Part shown: positions 47,839 to 57,388 of the stretch, in pieces | Position numbering within the stretch: the first letter of the stretch is position 1 | How the letters are laid out: every line of letters starts with the position of its first letter | IMG/VR virus record: IMGVR_UViG_3300026516_000001 | DNA: 64,000 bases | Strand: one strand, 5' to 3' | Origin: a virus | The notes under the pieces: generated by a model | Seen by the model: only the letters and a program-made list of their open reading frames with translations | What the model was told of the DNA's origin: nothing | Database searches by the model: none | Translations under genes and position numbers: made by a program

Positions 47839-50087
47839 TGCTCAACTCCTTGCGGTAGGTTGTCGGCCGTCTCCGGCGTCTCGATGCCCTGCATGGGCGA
47901 AGTTCCATTATCAGGCACAGGGGGGAAAGTTGGGCTGGTGTTCTGCTGCACCTCGGGCGCGACCTGGGCCTGTGCTGCGACGGCGGGCGCGGCTGGCTGC
48001 GGGAAGTTGGGGTCGTCGCCCATCGGATTCGGACGTTCGTATCCAGCACCAGCCATCACCACGTCAGCAATCGGAGCGATCTGCGGCATCTGCGCGATCT
48101 GCGCGCCCGTTTGGATCGCGCTGTAGCTCGCCTGTACGCCGGTCTGCACCGTCTGCGCGGCGATCAGCTTCTCGCGGGCCGCAATCTCGCGTTCGCGCAG
48201 CGCCAGCTCGCGCTCCTTGAGCTCGAACATCAGCTCCTGCTTGATCTGCTCGCGGAGCTGCTCAGGGTTGGCCTGTCCGCTTGCCTGCCGGATGGCTTCC
48301 ACAATCTGCTGTTTCCGCGGCAGGTCCATGAGGTCGACCATGAACGGCATCACCACGGTCTGAAGATCCTGCGGGAGCGACTTCACCGCTTCGGACAGCG
48401 CGGCAAGCTGCTGCGCGCGGAAGCTGCTCGAACTCGGCACGTCCTCCAGCGCGACCATGAGGCGCGTGCGCTGCACGTCGTTGCTCAGGTACTGGATTCC
48501 GGTTGCCGGGTCGATCTCGGGCTTGTTGATCACGACGGAGCGCGGCGGGTTGAGTGTGTCGCCCTCGATCACGACCGTCTGTTCCTCGCGGCCCATGTCG
48601 TGCAGGATCAGCGACATCAGGAGCTCGCCGACTTGGCGGCGGGCTTCCTTGAAGTTGTCCATCAGGTCAGCAACAGCGACCTGGGACTGCTCAAGCTGCG
48701 TCTGCTCCTGAATGCCCGATGCGGCGGTGCCCTTCTGGCCCTGGAAGGCTGCCGTCACGCCGGATACGCGCTCCATCGCGCGCCGGCTGTCCTCCATGAG
48801 CTGGAACTGCTGCGCGTTGAGCTGGAAGTCGCGCTTGACCTCAAACCTCGCGCCGGGCCGGTCCATGTGATCGGCGTCCAGGATGATGTCGGCGTCGACG
48901 CGGGCAGCCATGCGGCGGAATACCTCGTCGGCCATTGCGACGGCGCCCTTCGTGCGCTCGGTGCGCGATGCGGACATTCCCCAGCGCAGTTTGGAAATGC
49001 TGGCGTTGAGGTTGTCCTGCGGGAATAGCATGTCGCGCACGAGGCCGTAGGGGATGCCGGTCATGTCCTCGCGCGAGCCCCACACAGGCACGTAGGGGAA
49101 ATTCTCATGCGGGTGCGGCGTCGGGCCGTCGTCCAGCACATGCGGCCCCATGAAGTATGCGCGGCGCATCTTCGGGATGATCTGGCGCTCGAGCACGCCG
49201 CGGCGCGACTGCACCATCGCATCATGGGCCGGGTTGGCCGGGTCGTACTCGACTGCGCGGCCAGTGTGCGCACGCAGAATCGTGACCTCGGACCAGCGGC
49301 GATACCAGAGCTCGGTCAGGCAGACTTGCTGGTTTTCGTCGTTGAACCAGTTGTCTTCCTGCACTGTCCATGCGCGCTCGGCATCGATCGCTTGGGCGAG
49401 CCCGGTCGATTGCCCGCCCTCGAGCATTTCTCCTGCCAGATCCGCGATCCACTTGTCCGCGGAGTGCATGATGATCGTGGTGTGCTCGGGGAACATTCGC
49501 GCGGCACGCTGGCGATCCACCCAGCGGCGGCGGAACAGCCAGCGCGCATCCGACAGGTCCGGCTCGACGCTTTGCATGTCCCACCAGATCTCATTGCGAT
49601 GCACGGCGCGGCACTTGTACGGGAACTGGAGCGCGTTCGATGCGCGCGTCACTTCCACCCAGCCGATGCCGACAGTGGCCGCCGGGCGGAATGCGTCGGA
49701 CAGCGCGCGGTCGGCGTGGCTGTGCCGTTCGGCTTGGTTGAGCCGGTAGTTCAGCGCGTCGGCAACGTCCTGCCCGCCCGGGTCGCCGTCGGGCGTCACG
49801 CGCCAGTCGGTGCGGGTCTTGGCTTCGTAACCGCAGACAGCGCGGATCGCCGGGCCGATGATGTTTTCCTTCGCTGGCGGGATGCCGAGTGCGGCCTGCT
49901 TCTTCAGCAAGTCGCTGTCGAGCTGGTTGCCGTCGGCGTAGTCGGCTTCCTTGTCGGCGTTCGCGCGCCATGGCGGCTGGTTGATGGCCTCGCGGACGAA
50001 CTGCGCGAACTCGTCGATCGTGATCGGCTCGTCGGCGTTTTGCAGTTCGGTTTCGTCGGTGGTGCGGGTCTGTTCTGCGAGCATCAT
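47835..50087 (-). CDS. Portal protein (podovirus type)
   Basis: 750 aa after TerL; DYADGNQ, PYGLVR...QD.LN, SGV...FQG. Confidence 0.9.
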   Translation of the reverse strand: MMLAEQTRTTDETELQNADEPITIDEFAQFVREAINQPPWRANADKEADYADGNQLDSDLLKKQAALGIPPAKENIIGPAIRAVCGYEAKTRTDWRVTPDGDPGGQDVADALNYRLNQAERHSHADRALSDAFRPAATVGIGWVEVTRASNALQFPYKCRAVHRNEIWWDMQSVEPDLSDARWLFRRRWVDRQRAARMFPEHTTIIMHSADKWIADLAGEMLEGGQSTGLAQAIDAERAWTVQEDNWFNDENQQVCLTELWYRRWSEVTILRAHTGRAVEYDPANPAHDAMVQSRRGVLERQIIPKMRRAYFMGPHVLDDGPTPHPHENFPYVPVWGSREDMTGIPYGLVRDMLFPQDNLNASISKLRWGMSASRTERTKGAVAMADEVFRRMAARVDADIILDADHMDRPGARFEVKRDFQLNAQQFQLMEDSRRAMERVSGVTAAFQGQKGTAASGIQEQTQLEQSQVAVADLMDNFKEARRQVGELLMSLILHDMGREEQTVVIEGDTLNPPRSVVINKPEIDPATGIQYLSNDVQRTRLMVALEDVPSSSSFRAQQLAALSEAVKSLPQDLQTVVMPFMVDLMDLPRKQQIVEAIRQASGQANPEQLREQIKQELMFELKERELALREREIAAREKLIAAQTVQTGVQASYSAIQTGAQIAQMPQIAPIADVVMAGAGYERPNPMGDDPNFPQPAAPAVAAQAQVAPEVQQNTSPTFPPVPDNGTSPMQGIETPETADNLPQGVEQ

Positions 50088-50101
50088 GCGCTCCGGGGGG
50101 G

Positions 50102-51727
50102 TCAGGTGCGCCAGTCGGGCGGCGGGGGTTCGTCGTAGCTTTGTTGCTTGGATGCGCTACCGACCATGCCCAGCTCCTTGGCTTGCGCCCACTGGCGCAG
50201 TGCGTCGGCGCCTTCGCTGCATCCATTAGCCTTGTCCGGGTCGCTCGTGTAGCGGCCCTCGGTGCGGTTGAAGCGCTTTCGGTAGCCCTCGATGCGCTTG
50301 ATGCCCTTGTCGCACCCGGTCTCATCGAAGTACGCGCCCTTGAGGTGCTTGCGCGTCTGCTGGATGCCCGTCACCAGTTCGGTGATGAGCGGAACGATGG
50401 CGAATCGCTCGCCGGGCATGAGGTCTTGCAGCATCTCGCGCGTGCTGCGGTTGTAGTCGGACAGGCGCTTGTGGTCGGCGTCGTGCGGCAGGTAGTGGGT
50501 ATCGAACACGAAGCCTTTGGCGCGCAGCTCGGCGACGTAGTGGCGCAAGTCTTCGCCGTGGTCCTCGTAGTAGTCGATGAACCTGTCCTCGCCGCGCAGA
50601 TCCTGATGGAACCAAATCGCGGTGCCGTCCGAGTTGCCGATGTCCCAGAACGTGTTGACAGGCAGATCCAGGCGCGGCACGCGGGTGATTCCGCCGCGCT
50701 TGCGCAGCTCGAGCATGTCCTTCGCGTACCAGTTGCCCTCGGTGCTCACCTGGAAGGCTTCGGCCGGGTAGGATGGGTACTCCTGCCACATCCGCTCTTC
50801 TGCGCCGCTGAAGTCGGCGCGCTTGGTCGCGGCGTACCACGCCTTCTGCTCGGCATCCAGGCGAAGGTCCAGCCCGAGCGCCTTCTTGACCTCGATCTCG
50901 ACCTTCTCGAAATACTCGTGGTCCTCGCGCGTCAGATCGACGGTGTAGGCGTCGATGCGGTACTTCGGCTCCATCCACCAAGCGTAGAAGTGCAAGCGGT
51001 AGTCGCGCGCCGTGAGCGCCTTGCGGCTGGCCTCGTTGGCCTCGGCGATCTGCACCATCTTGAAAAAGTCGCCGTCGCGGCCCTCGGCGGTGCTCTCGAT
51101 CACCAGCACGCCATTCATGGGGACGGCCGGGATGGATCCGGTAACGACTTCCTGGGCCTTATCCGGGTACTTCGCGCATATCTTCCCGAACTCGGAAACG
51201 TGCAGCCGGTGGATCGTTCCCGATCGCATCGAGGTTGCCACGCGCACGCTGCTGTTGTTGTGGGCGAAGAGCAGTTCGGATGCGGCGTCGCGCTCGAGCG
51301 GGAAGCGTTCGCGGATCTCGGCCGGCAGGCTCTCGTAGGCGAACCGCACCTTGTCGCGGAAGATGGCCTCGGCGGCCTCGCGGTCCTGGGCGATGATGCC
51401 GCAGCGCTGGTGCGCGTTGAACAGGGCGTGATCCAGCCACAGCACGGCGATCAGCGTCGTAAAGCCGAGCTGTCGCGCCTTGAGGATCAGGTTTCGATGC
51501 CACAGCCGGCGGATGAATCGGCGCTGGGCACGATTGGGCTTGAACGGCAGGACGAACGAGTCCGCCTCTTCGATCGTGCCATCCGGGCGGATCTTGTCGT
51601 CGCCCTTGACCATGATCTTGTAGAGGCAGCCCGAGAACAGGCGCCACTCAGGATCGGCGAGGCAGCGCGCCAGCTCTTCAGCCGTTGTCGGCAGCGGCAG
51701 CAGCGGCTCGTTGCGCACGATCGCCAT
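50102..51727 (-). CDS. terL: Terminase large subunit
   Basis: ILKARQLGFTT, LHVSEFG, IESTAEG, WDIG..D.T. Confidence 0.95.
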   Translation of the reverse strand: MAIVRNEPLLPLPTTAEELARCLADPEWRLFSGCLYKIMVKGDDKIRPDGTIEEADSFVLPFKPNRAQRRFIRRLWHRNLILKARQLGFTTLIAVLWLDHALFNAHQRCGIIAQDREAAEAIFRDKVRFAYESLPAEIRERFPLERDAASELLFAHNNSSVRVATSMRSGTIHRLHVSEFGKICAKYPDKAQEVVTGSIPAVPMNGVLVIESTAEGRDGDFFKMVQIAEANEASRKALTARDYRLHFYAWWMEPKYRIDAYTVDLTREDHEYFEKVEIEVKKALGLDLRLDAEQKAWYAATKRADFSGAEERMWQEYPSYPAEAFQVSTEGNWYAKDMLELRKRGGITRVPRLDLPVNTFWDIGNSDGTAIWFHQDLRGEDRFIDYYEDHGEDLRHYVAELRAKGFVFDTHYLPHDADHKRLSDYNRSTREMLQDLMPGERFAIVPLITELVTGIQQTRKHLKGAYFDETGCDKGIKRIEGYRKRFNRTEGRYTSDPDKANGCSEGADALRQWAQAKELGMVGSASKQQSYDEPPPPDWRT

Positions 51728-51730
51728 GCG

Positions 51731-52369
51731 TCAGTCCTCGCCCTGCTCTTCGCGCTCCGGGTCGTCTGCGACAGGCTTGAATGCACTGCCGTTGCCGCCT
51801 GCAATGGCGTGCAGCAGGCTGGTCAGCGGGTCGGTCTTCTGCTCGTTGTCGCGCTCGTAGAGGCCGTGGTGGCGGAAGAGCTTTTCGAGAGCCGAGTTCT
51901 TGTCGGCGATGCGGTATTTCTTGAGGTAGCCTACGAAGACGCGATCCTTGCCCGAGCCCTCGAACTGCTCCACCACCTCGATGCCGGCCACAGCCGCGGC
52001 GGTGTCGTCATCCAGCTCGGTGATGCCTTTCGGGCTTCCGTCGTCGTTGAAAAGCTTGCGCGGGTCGAACAGGGCGAGGCGCGCGGCCTCGAGCAGCACG
52101 CGGTCTGCGGTGACGGCGGTTCGCTGTTCGCGCTCTTTCTGCCGCGCAGCGATCGCGGCCTGAACTGAAGGTTTCTGCAGGAGCTGGTATCCCTGCTGCT
52201 CGGCGGTCTTTGCACTGTACCCGGCCCGGATGGCGGCCTGAGTTGCGTTGAGGTCGATCAGGTATTCCTGGACGAAGACGCTCTGCATGGGCGCGAGTTT
52301 GCGCACAGCCTTCGGGGTGGCTGCGGCCTTCTTCGTCGCGGCGGTGGTCTTGCGTGTCATGAGCGACAT
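51731..52369 (-). CDS. terS: Terminase small subunit
   Basis: FVQEYLIDLNATQAAIRAGYSAKTA; DK..ALEKL. Confidence 0.95.
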   Translation of the reverse strand: MSLMTRKTTAATKKAAATPKAVRKLAPMQSVFVQEYLIDLNATQAAIRAGYSAKTAEQQGYQLLQKPSVQAAIAARQKEREQRTAVTADRVLLEAARLALFDPRKLFNDDGSPKGITELDDDTAAAVAGIEVVEQFEGSGKDRVFVGYLKKYRIADKNSALEKLFRHHGLYERDNEQKTDPLTSLLHAIAGGNGSAFKPVADDPEREEQGED

Positions 52370-52393
52370 GCTCTTCAGCAGCCGCGGGGCAGT

Positions 52394-52409
52394 CCAGCCC
52401 TACAGAGGG
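52394..52409 (-). promoter_or_regulatory. Late-gene motif variant CCCTCTGTAGGGCTGG
   Basis: 15/16 match upstream of terS. Confidence 0.7.
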
Positions 52410-52421
52410 GCGGCGGAAATG

Positions 52422-52447
52422 AAAAACCCCGCCGGAGCGGGGTCTTT
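52422..52447 (-). terminator. Rho-independent terminator
   Basis: ACCCCGC/GCGGGGT stem with T5 on the minus strand. Confidence 0.8.
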
Positions 52448-52525
52448 GTGGGGCGTGGCGGGTTACGCCACTTCGGCCATCGAGTATTGTCCGTCCGGAG
52501 CCGCAAGCTTGCGACTAAGCGCCGG

Positions 52526-53020
52526 CTACACCACGCCCATGCCCCAATGCACATAAGCTGCGTCATACATCGGGGAAATCAGCCAATCGCCGCGCGGCAA
52601 AGACAGCCCCGCGCTGCGCGCAAAGGCTTCCATTTTGAATCCAAGCCCACGGGCCGCGCGCATCCATTTTTCGCGCGGCTCAAACCGCTCATGCTCCATC
52701 GCCTCTTCGCAGAGAAGATCAAACAGCGGTGCGTGAAGCGCCTGCGGGAACTCAATGCGGCCATCGAACACGCCCGATTCACAGCGGCCCGCTGCCGCGC
52801 TGTACCAGCCGGCTGCGTAGATCGTGATGGTTTTCAGTGCGCCCATGTCGTTCGCCTTCGCTTGGAACAGCTCCCACAGCCCTGGGTGCATCTTCCTCAC
52901 CCCGCTCTCGTAGTCCTGCCAAGCTCGCCGGGAGCCGTGGATCAGCTCGCCGGCCTGTTCCTGGGTCAGTCCGGCCGCCTCGCGGGCGGCGCGGATCTCG
53001 CTCGGCTCGGGATTATTCAC
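52526..53020 (-). CDS. XRE HTH regulator fused to an unknown C-terminal domain
   Basis: P.PSEIRAAREAAGLTQEQAG....SRRAWQDYESG.RKM; GTG start. Confidence 0.75.
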   Translation of the reverse strand: MNNPEPSEIRAAREAAGLTQEQAGELIHGSRRAWQDYESGVRKMHPGLWELFQAKANDMGALKTITIYAAGWYSAAAGRCESGVFDGRIEFPQALHAPLFDLLCEEAMEHERFEPREKWMRAARGLGFKMEAFARSAGLSLPRGDWLISPMYDAAYVHWGMGVV

Positions 53021-53198
53021 CCCGCCACTCCTCAATCTCCGCTTCGCGCTCGGAGATCCACCGTTCCGCGGTGGTCCATTCGGACTCAGGCAGCTTCTCG
53101 AATCCGTCACGGAATTCGATGTAGCCCGAGGGGTCGGCAACGCTGGGCTGAGTGGACACCCCGAACTGGGTGTAGTGGGCGGTCTTGGTTGCGTTCAT
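53013..53198 (-). CDS. Small acidic hypothetical protein
   Basis: SD GGAG; first gene after the palindrome. Confidence 0.7.
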   Translation of the reverse strand: MNATKTAHYTQFGVSTQPSVADPSGYIEFRDGFEKLPESEWTTAERWISEREAEIEEWRGE

Positions 53199-53262
53199 CT
53201 CAATCTCCCTGCCCCTGGTCCGCGGGGCGCCGGTTCGGCGTGTGCCGTGTGCTTCAGTGACT

Positions 53263-53293
53263 CTATTAGAGCACGCATTGCGTGCTCATGCAA
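53263..53293 (-). promoter_or_regulatory. Promoter-like site with perfect palindromic operator
   Basis: TTGCAT-[GAGCACGCA A TGCGTGCTC]-TAATAG. Confidence 0.6.
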
Positions 53294-53466
53294 GCACTTT
53301 CTTCGTTTTTTTGCTCCGCCGCTTCCTTAACCGCCCTTCTGATGCCTTGACTCGCGTTCCCGTCCCCGAGCGCCTTTGCGCGCTCGATGGTCGCTTCGTC
53401 CAGCATCACCTGAACCCGGCGCACCTCGGCGCCGTCGCGGGTGAGCCGCCCCTTTGTCTGCTTCAT
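53266..53466 (-). CDS. Ribbon-helix-helix-like regulator
   Basis: RRVQVMLDEATIERAKALGDGNASQGIRRAV. Confidence 0.7.
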   Translation of the reverse strand: MKQTKGRLTRDGAEVRRVQVMLDEATIERAKALGDGNASQGIRRAVKEAAEQKNEESACMSTQCVL

Positions 53467-53469
53467 GGC

Positions 53470-53715
53470 TCAGTCCTCGCGCCGTGTTTCGCTCGTGCGG
53501 GCGACGGGCTTCCCGACCCCGTTCACCCACTCCGTGCTGTTCATCCCGCCAGCGGGCATCACGTCCGGGGCGTCGATCGCGCCGATCAGGTCGCTGTATG
53601 GCATCCAGTCGCTGCCGGCGCGGCCGAAGCTGACCGATCGGCAGTCTCGGTCAAGGGTGAAGTGGGCGCCCTGAAGCTCGCGCGGGGCTCCTGTTCCAAG
53701 TTGAGTGCGGATCAT
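53470..53715 (-). CDS. Hypothetical protein
   Basis: Fills the operon; SD-like AAGGGG. Confidence 0.55.
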   Translation of the reverse strand: MIRTQLGTGAPRELQGAHFTLDRDCRSVSFGRAGSDWMPYSDLIGAIDAPDVMPAGGMNSTEWVNGVGKPVARTSETRRED

Positions 53716-53728
53716 CACAGCAGCCCCC

Positions 53729-53965
53729 TTACGCCATCGCCTTGCGTTCTGCCTCGCGGCGCTGGCGCAGCCACTTTCGGGCCACGTCGCCGAGCGTTTT
53801 CTCGCTCGCCGAAAGCGTCGATCCACGAAAGCCGCCGCCCTCACAAATCTGGTCTCCCAGGGTGCCGGGCTTCCCTGGGCTCTCCAGCCACACATACCCG
53901 CCGTCCGCCTTGCACCAGAACGACATTTCGCCTTCTTTGCGGGTCTTGATGATGATACGTGACAT
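53729..53965 (-). CDS. Hypothetical protein
   Basis: SD GGAGAG; downstream of a sigma70 promoter. Confidence 0.7.
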   Translation of the reverse strand: MSRIIIKTRKEGEMSFWCKADGGYVWLESPGKPGTLGDQICEGGGFRGSTLSASEKTLGDVARKWLRQRREAERKAMA

Positions 53966-54011
53966 GATCTCTCTCCGGTCTGTGGTGCCGCCCTGCAATC
54001 ACCGTGATTGC

Positions 54012-54040
54012 ATACTACACACTATACAGAGAGAGTGCAA
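54012..54040 (-). promoter_or_regulatory. Sigma70-type moron promoter
   Basis: TTGCAC-17 nt-TAGTAT. Confidence 0.7.
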
Positions 54041-54048
54041 GGGAAATT

Positions 54049-54324
54049 TCATGAGCGCGCTATGCGGAGCTCCATTGTTGCCTCGATGCCATGAAGGTGC
54101 AGCGTCATCCCGGGCGCGAACTCGCCGATCCTGGACGTCGCCACGTCTCGCCCATGAAGCGCCAGCACGAGGCGATAACCGCCGATCGCGTCGTCCACCG
54201 CCTCGACGCGCAGAGAATCGAATCGCAGCCGCCCGTTGTCGATCGGACTCCCTGACTCCGGCACATCAGCCGGGAATCCCTCCAGCAGAACGCGTTTTGC
54301 AACCTCAGTTATCTCGAATTGCAT
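54049..54324 (-). CDS. Hypothetical protein
   Basis: SD GAGGA; 91 aa. Confidence 0.6.
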   Translation of the reverse strand: MQFEITEVAKRVLLEGFPADVPESGSPIDNGRLRFDSLRVEAVDDAIGGYRLVLALHGRDVATSRIGEFAPGMTLHLHGIEATMELRIARS

Positions 54325-54793
54325 GATGATCTTCCTCTTTGGTGAGACCCATACGTGCCACTTCACGGCGGACTTCGCTGATTTGCGCCTGGAGCACTGC
54401 ATTGAGGCGTGCGGCCTCGTGCCCGATCTCGATCGCGGCGTACTGCTGGCTGCTGCCGGCCATGAGCTCGCCGATCATGCGGGCCTCGCGGGGGGTAAGG
54501 ATCATCACCGAGTCCCCCACCTCAAGAACCGACGTGCCGTCCGGGCAAAGTGTGCGCGAGATCGGGCGGGCCGGGCGGTGCTGCTCTGCGGGCACGAACA
54601 CCCCGCGCTGCACTCGCCGAATGCGGCCGTTGTCGACGAGGTAGGCGAGGCGGTCATCAATCGTGGTCAGCTTGAGCTGCGTGATTTCGGCCAGCGTCTC
54701 GCGGGTCACGATCTGCTCTCGTGAGTGGAGATCCTGAATGGCCTCCAGGATCGTCTCGGCGGTGGATTTCGAGGTCTTGGCGGCGTCATTCAT
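54305..54793 (-). CDS. Winged-helix protein, candidate late regulator
   Basis: VTRETLAEITQLKLTTIDDRL..LVDNG.IRRVQRGVF; lies in the Q-like position after nin. Confidence 0.7.
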   Translation of the reverse strand: MNDAAKTSKSTAETILEAIQDLHSREQIVTRETLAEITQLKLTTIDDRLAYLVDNGRIRRVQRGVFVPAEQHRPARPISRTLCPDGTSVLEVGDSVMILTPREARMIGELMAGSSQQYAAIEIGHEAARLNAVLQAQISEVRREVARMGLTKEEDHHAIRDN

Positions 54794-54980
54794 GTCGGGG
54801 TTCCTCGTCGGCGAAAAGGTCAGGGGTCAGCGGGTCGCGGGGTGGCCCAGGCGGAATAGGGAGTCGCGAGAATGTCTGCTCAATCAAGCCGAGCCGTCGC
54901 GCACAGATGCGGCCGAACTTCATCCGGCCGACTTGTGCGGCGACCCGCTTGATCGAGCGGCGGCAGTTAGCGCAGATCAT
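54786..54980 (-). CDS. Small Cys-containing protein
   Basis: CANC...G.IC...DLF. Confidence 0.6.
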   Translation of the reverse strand: MICANCRRSIKRVAAQVGRMKFGRICARRLGLIEQTFSRLPIPPGPPRDPLTPDLFADEEPRHE

Positions 54981-55435
54981 CAGAAGTGCCCCACCGTTTC
55001 GATTGCCTCGTCCAGGTCCATGCGGTTCATGTGCGGGCAGATGTGGGCGATAACGCCCGACACGGCACGCTCGTAGAATTCGTTGAACGCGATCTGATCC
55101 ATGCTCTGAAAGCTGATGGACTTCGGCACAGCGGTGAGTTCGCCGGTCCCAGGGTGTGGGACGAAATCCACGTGCCCCGCTGCGAGCTTGATGCCGATCA
55201 GCGCCTTGTCGACGGTGTCGTAGACCTCGCTGTTCTCGGCCACCGCTTGCACGAGCGCGAAGAACTTTTTGTGATGCCCTAGGTTGCGCGGCTGGCTGTA
55301 CGACAGGCGCAGACTTTCGCCGGGCTTCAGTCGGGCCATCTTCGCGCGCATCTTCCGCAGCGCGATGTCGTCGGCCTGCGTCCAGCCATGGAGCTTCCCG
55401 TCGTCGCCCTTGGTGACGCCGATCTCAACGGCCAT
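54980..55435 (-). CDS. DUF1367/NinB-like protein
   Basis: PRN..HHKKFFAL; PKSISF.SMDQ..F..FY. Confidence 0.8.
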   Translation of the reverse strand: MAVEIGVTKGDDGKLHGWTQADDIALRKMRAKMARLKPGESLRLSYSQPRNLGHHKKFFALVQAVAENSEVYDTVDKALIGIKLAAGHVDFVPHPGTGELTAVPKSISFQSMDQIAFNEFYERAVSGVIAHICPHMNRMDLDEAIETVGHF

Positions 55436-56039
55436 GCCGCGCCCCCTGTGTGATCTCGCGCAGCTTCTTGCTATCCAGTTTGTGCGTTTTCTTTTTACTG
55501 AATAGCGCATCCTCGTCTGTCATCCCGGCGCGCTTTCTGTTCTTGATTGTTCCGCCGCTCACGCAAACGCGTGGGTCTCGCGCCCATTCATTTGCTGTCT
55601 TCGTCTCGCCTTGGTACGTAAGAACTATTGCGCCTTTCACCCTCTGCGCGGCGGGCGGCATGCTTCGCCATACGTTGCAGCGCCGGCAAAGCGGGCGAAT
55701 GTTCGCGCTGTCGTTGTTCTTTGCGTTCTCGTCTATGTGATCTGCTTGACAGGTTTTCCATGTCAGCCCGACGCCGCAAATTTCACAGTTCATCGGCCCT
55801 TGGCCAATCTTGTCGTAGAGAACCTTTCTCTGCTCCGAGATATACGTCTGCCCTTCAGGCGTCAGCGGGTGGTCGGGAGCGTAGACGTAGATGTATCCGT
55901 CTTTGCCCTCGAAGCGCTCCCTTGCCTTACGTTTGCCGTCAGTGCTCCCGTGCCTCCAAAGTCTGAAGTAATGCTTTTGACACAGGCGGGCAGATTTGTA
56001 CTTGGCATCACGATCGCAGCCTTCAACCTTGCATTGCAT
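55425..56039 (-). CDS. HNH endonuclease
   Basis: C.VEGC..LCQKHY; DHIDEN..NN...NIRPLCRRCN; lower GC. Confidence 0.85.
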   Translation of the reverse strand: MQCKVEGCDRDAKYKSARLCQKHYFRLWRHGSTDGKRKARERFEGKDGYIYVYAPDHPLTPEGQTYISEQRKVLYDKIGQGPMNCEICGVGLTWKTCQADHIDENAKNNDSANIRPLCRRCNVWRSMPPAAQRVKGAIVLTYQGETKTANEWARDPRVCVSGGTIKNRKRAGMTDEDALFSKKKTHKLDSKKLREITQGARHGR

Positions 56040-56610
56040 TTCGCTTCTCCATCCGCTTGAGGCGCTTCCCCATCACCCGTTTGTAGCGCTTCAGGTACTC
56101 GATTTCGTAGCGCACGAGATGGTTTTGCGACTCCAACCATTCGACCTTTTCAAGCCCGATCTTTGCGATCAGGCGCGGCTTGTACCCCGCGATATTCCCG
56201 CCAAGGTGGCGGTTGCATATCGAGCACGCTTTGTGGATGTTCCACAGGTTCAGCCGAATAGCAGAGGCGGCGCCAACACTGCGAAAATGCGACCCATGCC
56301 ACTGCCCAGGCCACGAAGCCGGCTTTTCGCACGAAATACACCCGTCCTTGGCGTCGCGCACTCTGGCGTACTTGTTCGCAATGGCCTGACACTCAGCAAG
56401 CCACTTCGCGCGAGGCTTCAGCGCCTCGATCGCGGCGCGGGTCTTCTGCTTCTCGATCGTCGCGGCGCGCTTCTCGGCTTTCTCCCGGGTGCGGCGCGCG
56501 AGCGTCTGCGCGCAGTCCGGGCAGCATGCGACCTGGAGCGGGCGACTCGGGGTGAACCGCGTCGGGCATACGCGGCATTTCTTCTCGCGGCGGATGGGCT
56601 GGAGCATCAC
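56023..56610 (-). CDS. ninG: NinG/Rap recombination endonuclease
   Basis: KKCRVC, RD...CISC, HFRS.GA, NIHK.C..CN. Confidence 0.9.
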   Translation of the reverse strand: MMLQPIRREKKCRVCPTRFTPSRPLQVACCPDCAQTLARRTREKAEKRAATIEKQKTRAAIEALKPRAKWLAECQAIANKYARVRDAKDGCISCEKPASWPGQWHGSHFRSVGAASAIRLNLWNIHKACSICNRHLGGNIAGYKPRLIAKIGLEKVEWLESQNHLVRYEIEYLKRYKRVMGKRLKRMEKRNAMQG

Positions 56611-56692
56611 GCGACACCATCCAGCAAGTCCGCCTGCTGCAGGCGACGCAGCGGAAATGCGGCGACGTGCGCGAGCGCGGATTCCTTGCGGG

Positions 56693-57388
56693 TCATGCGG
56701 CCTCCTTTTCAGCCTGCGTCGCAGAGGGCGATAAGTGCGCCGACAGCCACGACTGGAACCTGCCCATTTCCAGTGGCCGCAATTCGCTCCATCCGATAGG
56801 CCAGCCCATCAGGTACTCGTGGCTTTCCGGGGTCACTTTCCCAAACACGAGGCGATAAGCCCTGCATGACGGCCACTTCTGCATGGACGGTGCGCAGTAA
56901 TTCCCTCGGGTCGTCGGTGTATGCAAGAAGCCAACATCTACTCCGAACGTGGTCTGCACCCATGTCTTGCGCGGAAAGCTCAATGCAGCGGGTTTCGTAA
57001 CCCATCTTCTCAAGGTCGTCTGCCGCCGCGTCGATTGCTTCTCGGCTGACGTTCTCGGAAAAGACGTACCGGGGAGCGACATCTGCCACGATTCGACGCA
57101 TTTCCGGCCAAAGATCGTCTGCTGTGTTGTTCCCTGCCGCAGCGGTGCTAAAGGCTTGGCAAGGGAAGCCTCCAGACACAACATCAACGATCCCGCGCCA
57201 CGGTCTGCCGTCAAAGGTACGAACGTCATCCCATAACGGAAAAAAGGATTTAGTGAGTCCGTCATTTTGTCGCTGGACGAGAACGCATCGGCAGTACCAA
57301 TCCAGCTCGACAGCGCACACGGTTTTCCAACCAAGGAGAGAAGACGCAAGCAGTCCTCCACCTGAACCCGCGAAAAGAGCCAACTCAT
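56693..57388 (-). CDS. Alternative-frame methyltransferase beta-like polypeptide
   Basis: Overlaps the methyltransferase almost entirely; LHTPT and motif IX-like VTPE..EYLMGWPIGW; ends KEAA. Confidence 0.65.
   Translation of the reverse strand: MSWLFSRVQVEDCLRLLSLVGKPCALSSWIGTADAFSSSDKMTDSLNPFFRYGMTFVPLTADRGAGSLMLCLEASLAKPLAPLRQGTTQQTIFGRKCVESWQMSLPGTSFPRTSAEKQSTRRQTTLRRWVTKPAALSFPRKTWVQTTFGVDVGFLHTPTTRGNYCAPSMQKWPSCRAYRLVFGKVTPESHEYLMGWPIGWSELRPLEMGRFQSWLSAHLSPSATQAEKEAA

Noticed and set aside
12326..52474. 14-bp direct repeat GGTTACGCCACTTC at both ends of the late block (12326 and 52461) as att sites
   Set aside because: Several 14-bp matches are expected by chance in 64 kb; phage genes continue on both sides; no integrase
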